DNA of 64,000 nucleotides from NCBI GenBank assembly GCA_022813965.1, contig JALDZS010000003.1:1-64000 (forward strand), read 5' to 3'. Both the position numbers and the translations under genes were made by a program. This DNA comes from Toensbergia leucococca. Lineage: Eukaryota. A model generated the notes under the pieces. It saw nothing but the letters and a program-made list of their open reading frames with translations. It ran no database searches and was not told where the DNA came from. Shown piece after piece: positions 63,032 through 64,000 of the stretch (positions are counted from its first letter, which is position 1; every line of letters begins with the position of its first letter).

Positions 63032-63482
63032 AATATGGGTTTAAGATGAGTTCAAAGAGGATGTTTCGCGTTGTACTTCTGTGCTGTACTAGATTAGCCT
63101 TAAACATATGAGATAAGTAAGGGTTTGTTTCCATATTTCCCAAATCAAGTGGAATTGTTAGACTGGGAAAAGCGCCCCAAGTGGTGACAGTGATGTGTAC
63201 TATAACCATGAACATTTACATTTTGTTCGAGGCCTTTCCAAATGTTGCTATTGATCAAAGGCTGTTTGTATGTTTAATATAAGTAAGGCGTAGATTCCCT
63301 ATTTGAACAGTTGAGAATTCACTTTCTAGGGCTTCTTTCAAGACAGACTCAAGATAACGTAATTCAGCAGGTTTCGTTTCAATGACAAGCGGTAGGCACG
63401 CCCGCACTGCTTTTACTTTGCATCTTTTCTTGCAAGTGCTCTCAACCGCCTTTGGCAGATCCAACTCTTCCCTACATCAGAA

Positions 63483-64000
63483 ATGCGTCTTTCAATCGCT
63501 GTCGTCGCTCTTTTGTCTATCTTCGACCAATTCTTTCTAGCTGCTGGAGACACCTTCCACAGGAGAGCCTTGAACATTCCAAAGCTATACCACCACCATG
63601 AATATGTCCGTCGGAAATTCCGCAATCCATTTCCCTACTCAGTCTTGAATCACGAGCTTTACCACGCTCGCAATGTCGTCGTCTCACCGACCTCTGTGGC
63701 TCCAAATATCAGCTCTCCTGCACCGCTTCCTATCCTCGCTTTTAGTTCGCGAGCAATGGATGCAATCTGGGACAACCGAACAGAGACTGCTTGCATGCAT
63801 GCACTCGCGCAGATGAATGGCACTGCCCCAAATCCTTCTGGTGTGGCAGCTTGCTATAACGTTGCGCATTTTGACAACTCTTCCGGTGTATTTCAGGCAG
63901 ATCTACGCATCTACCGAATATCTGCGCCTGTCGAAGATTGGGTTACGCTTGAGAGTGTACAGATAAGTGTTGGCATTGCATATAGCGGAGCAGCTATCGT
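63483..64000 (+). CDS. Predicted secreted/membrane fungal protein of unknown function, truncated by the window end
   Basis: Open frame from ATG 63483 to the end (missing from the ORF track because it has no stop): MRLSIAVVALLSIF...TETAC...NPSGVAACYNV..FDNSSGVFQADLRIY. Confidence 0.75.
   Translation, partial: MRLSIAVVALLSIFDQFFLAAGDTFHRRALNIPKLYHHHEYVRRKFRNPFPYSVLNHELYHARNVVVSPTSVAPNISSPAPLPILAFSSRAMDAIWDNRTETACMHALAQMNGTAPNPSGVAACYNVAHFDNSSGVFQADLRIYRISAPVEDWVTLESVQISVGIAYSGAAI

Overview
Eukaryotic, intron-containing DNA from a filamentous ascomycete (Pezizomycotina-type genes; GT-AG introns with CTRAY branch sites). Conserved genes occupy roughly 1-27 kb and 56-64 kb: an AAA ATPase, a GYF-domain protein, a PQ-loop transporter, an HST3-like sirtuin, a flavin monooxygenase, a 20-exon LYS9, MET8, PEP7 and two secreted proteins. 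The 27-56 kb stretch looks more accessory. It mixes ordinary genes (JEN1, an Old Yellow Enzyme, two fungal TF-like genes, an NAD(P)-binding oxidoreductase) with tandem repeats, CpG-depleted relics, pseudogenes, a Ty3/Gypsy fragment and three genes of possible innate-immunity or cell-death type. These three are an intronless protein with a DUF3990-like ADP-ribosyltransferase-fold motif pattern, a broken NACHT-type/ankyrin/ZZ NLR remnant, and an intact HeLo-like + pseudokinase + ZZ gene whose architecture parallels MLKL. Two related non-autonomous TIR elements with 8-bp target-site duplications define a MITE family. Sharp local C-rich to G-rich strand-skew switches recur across the window. All domain calls come from motif recognition by eye; no database search was run.
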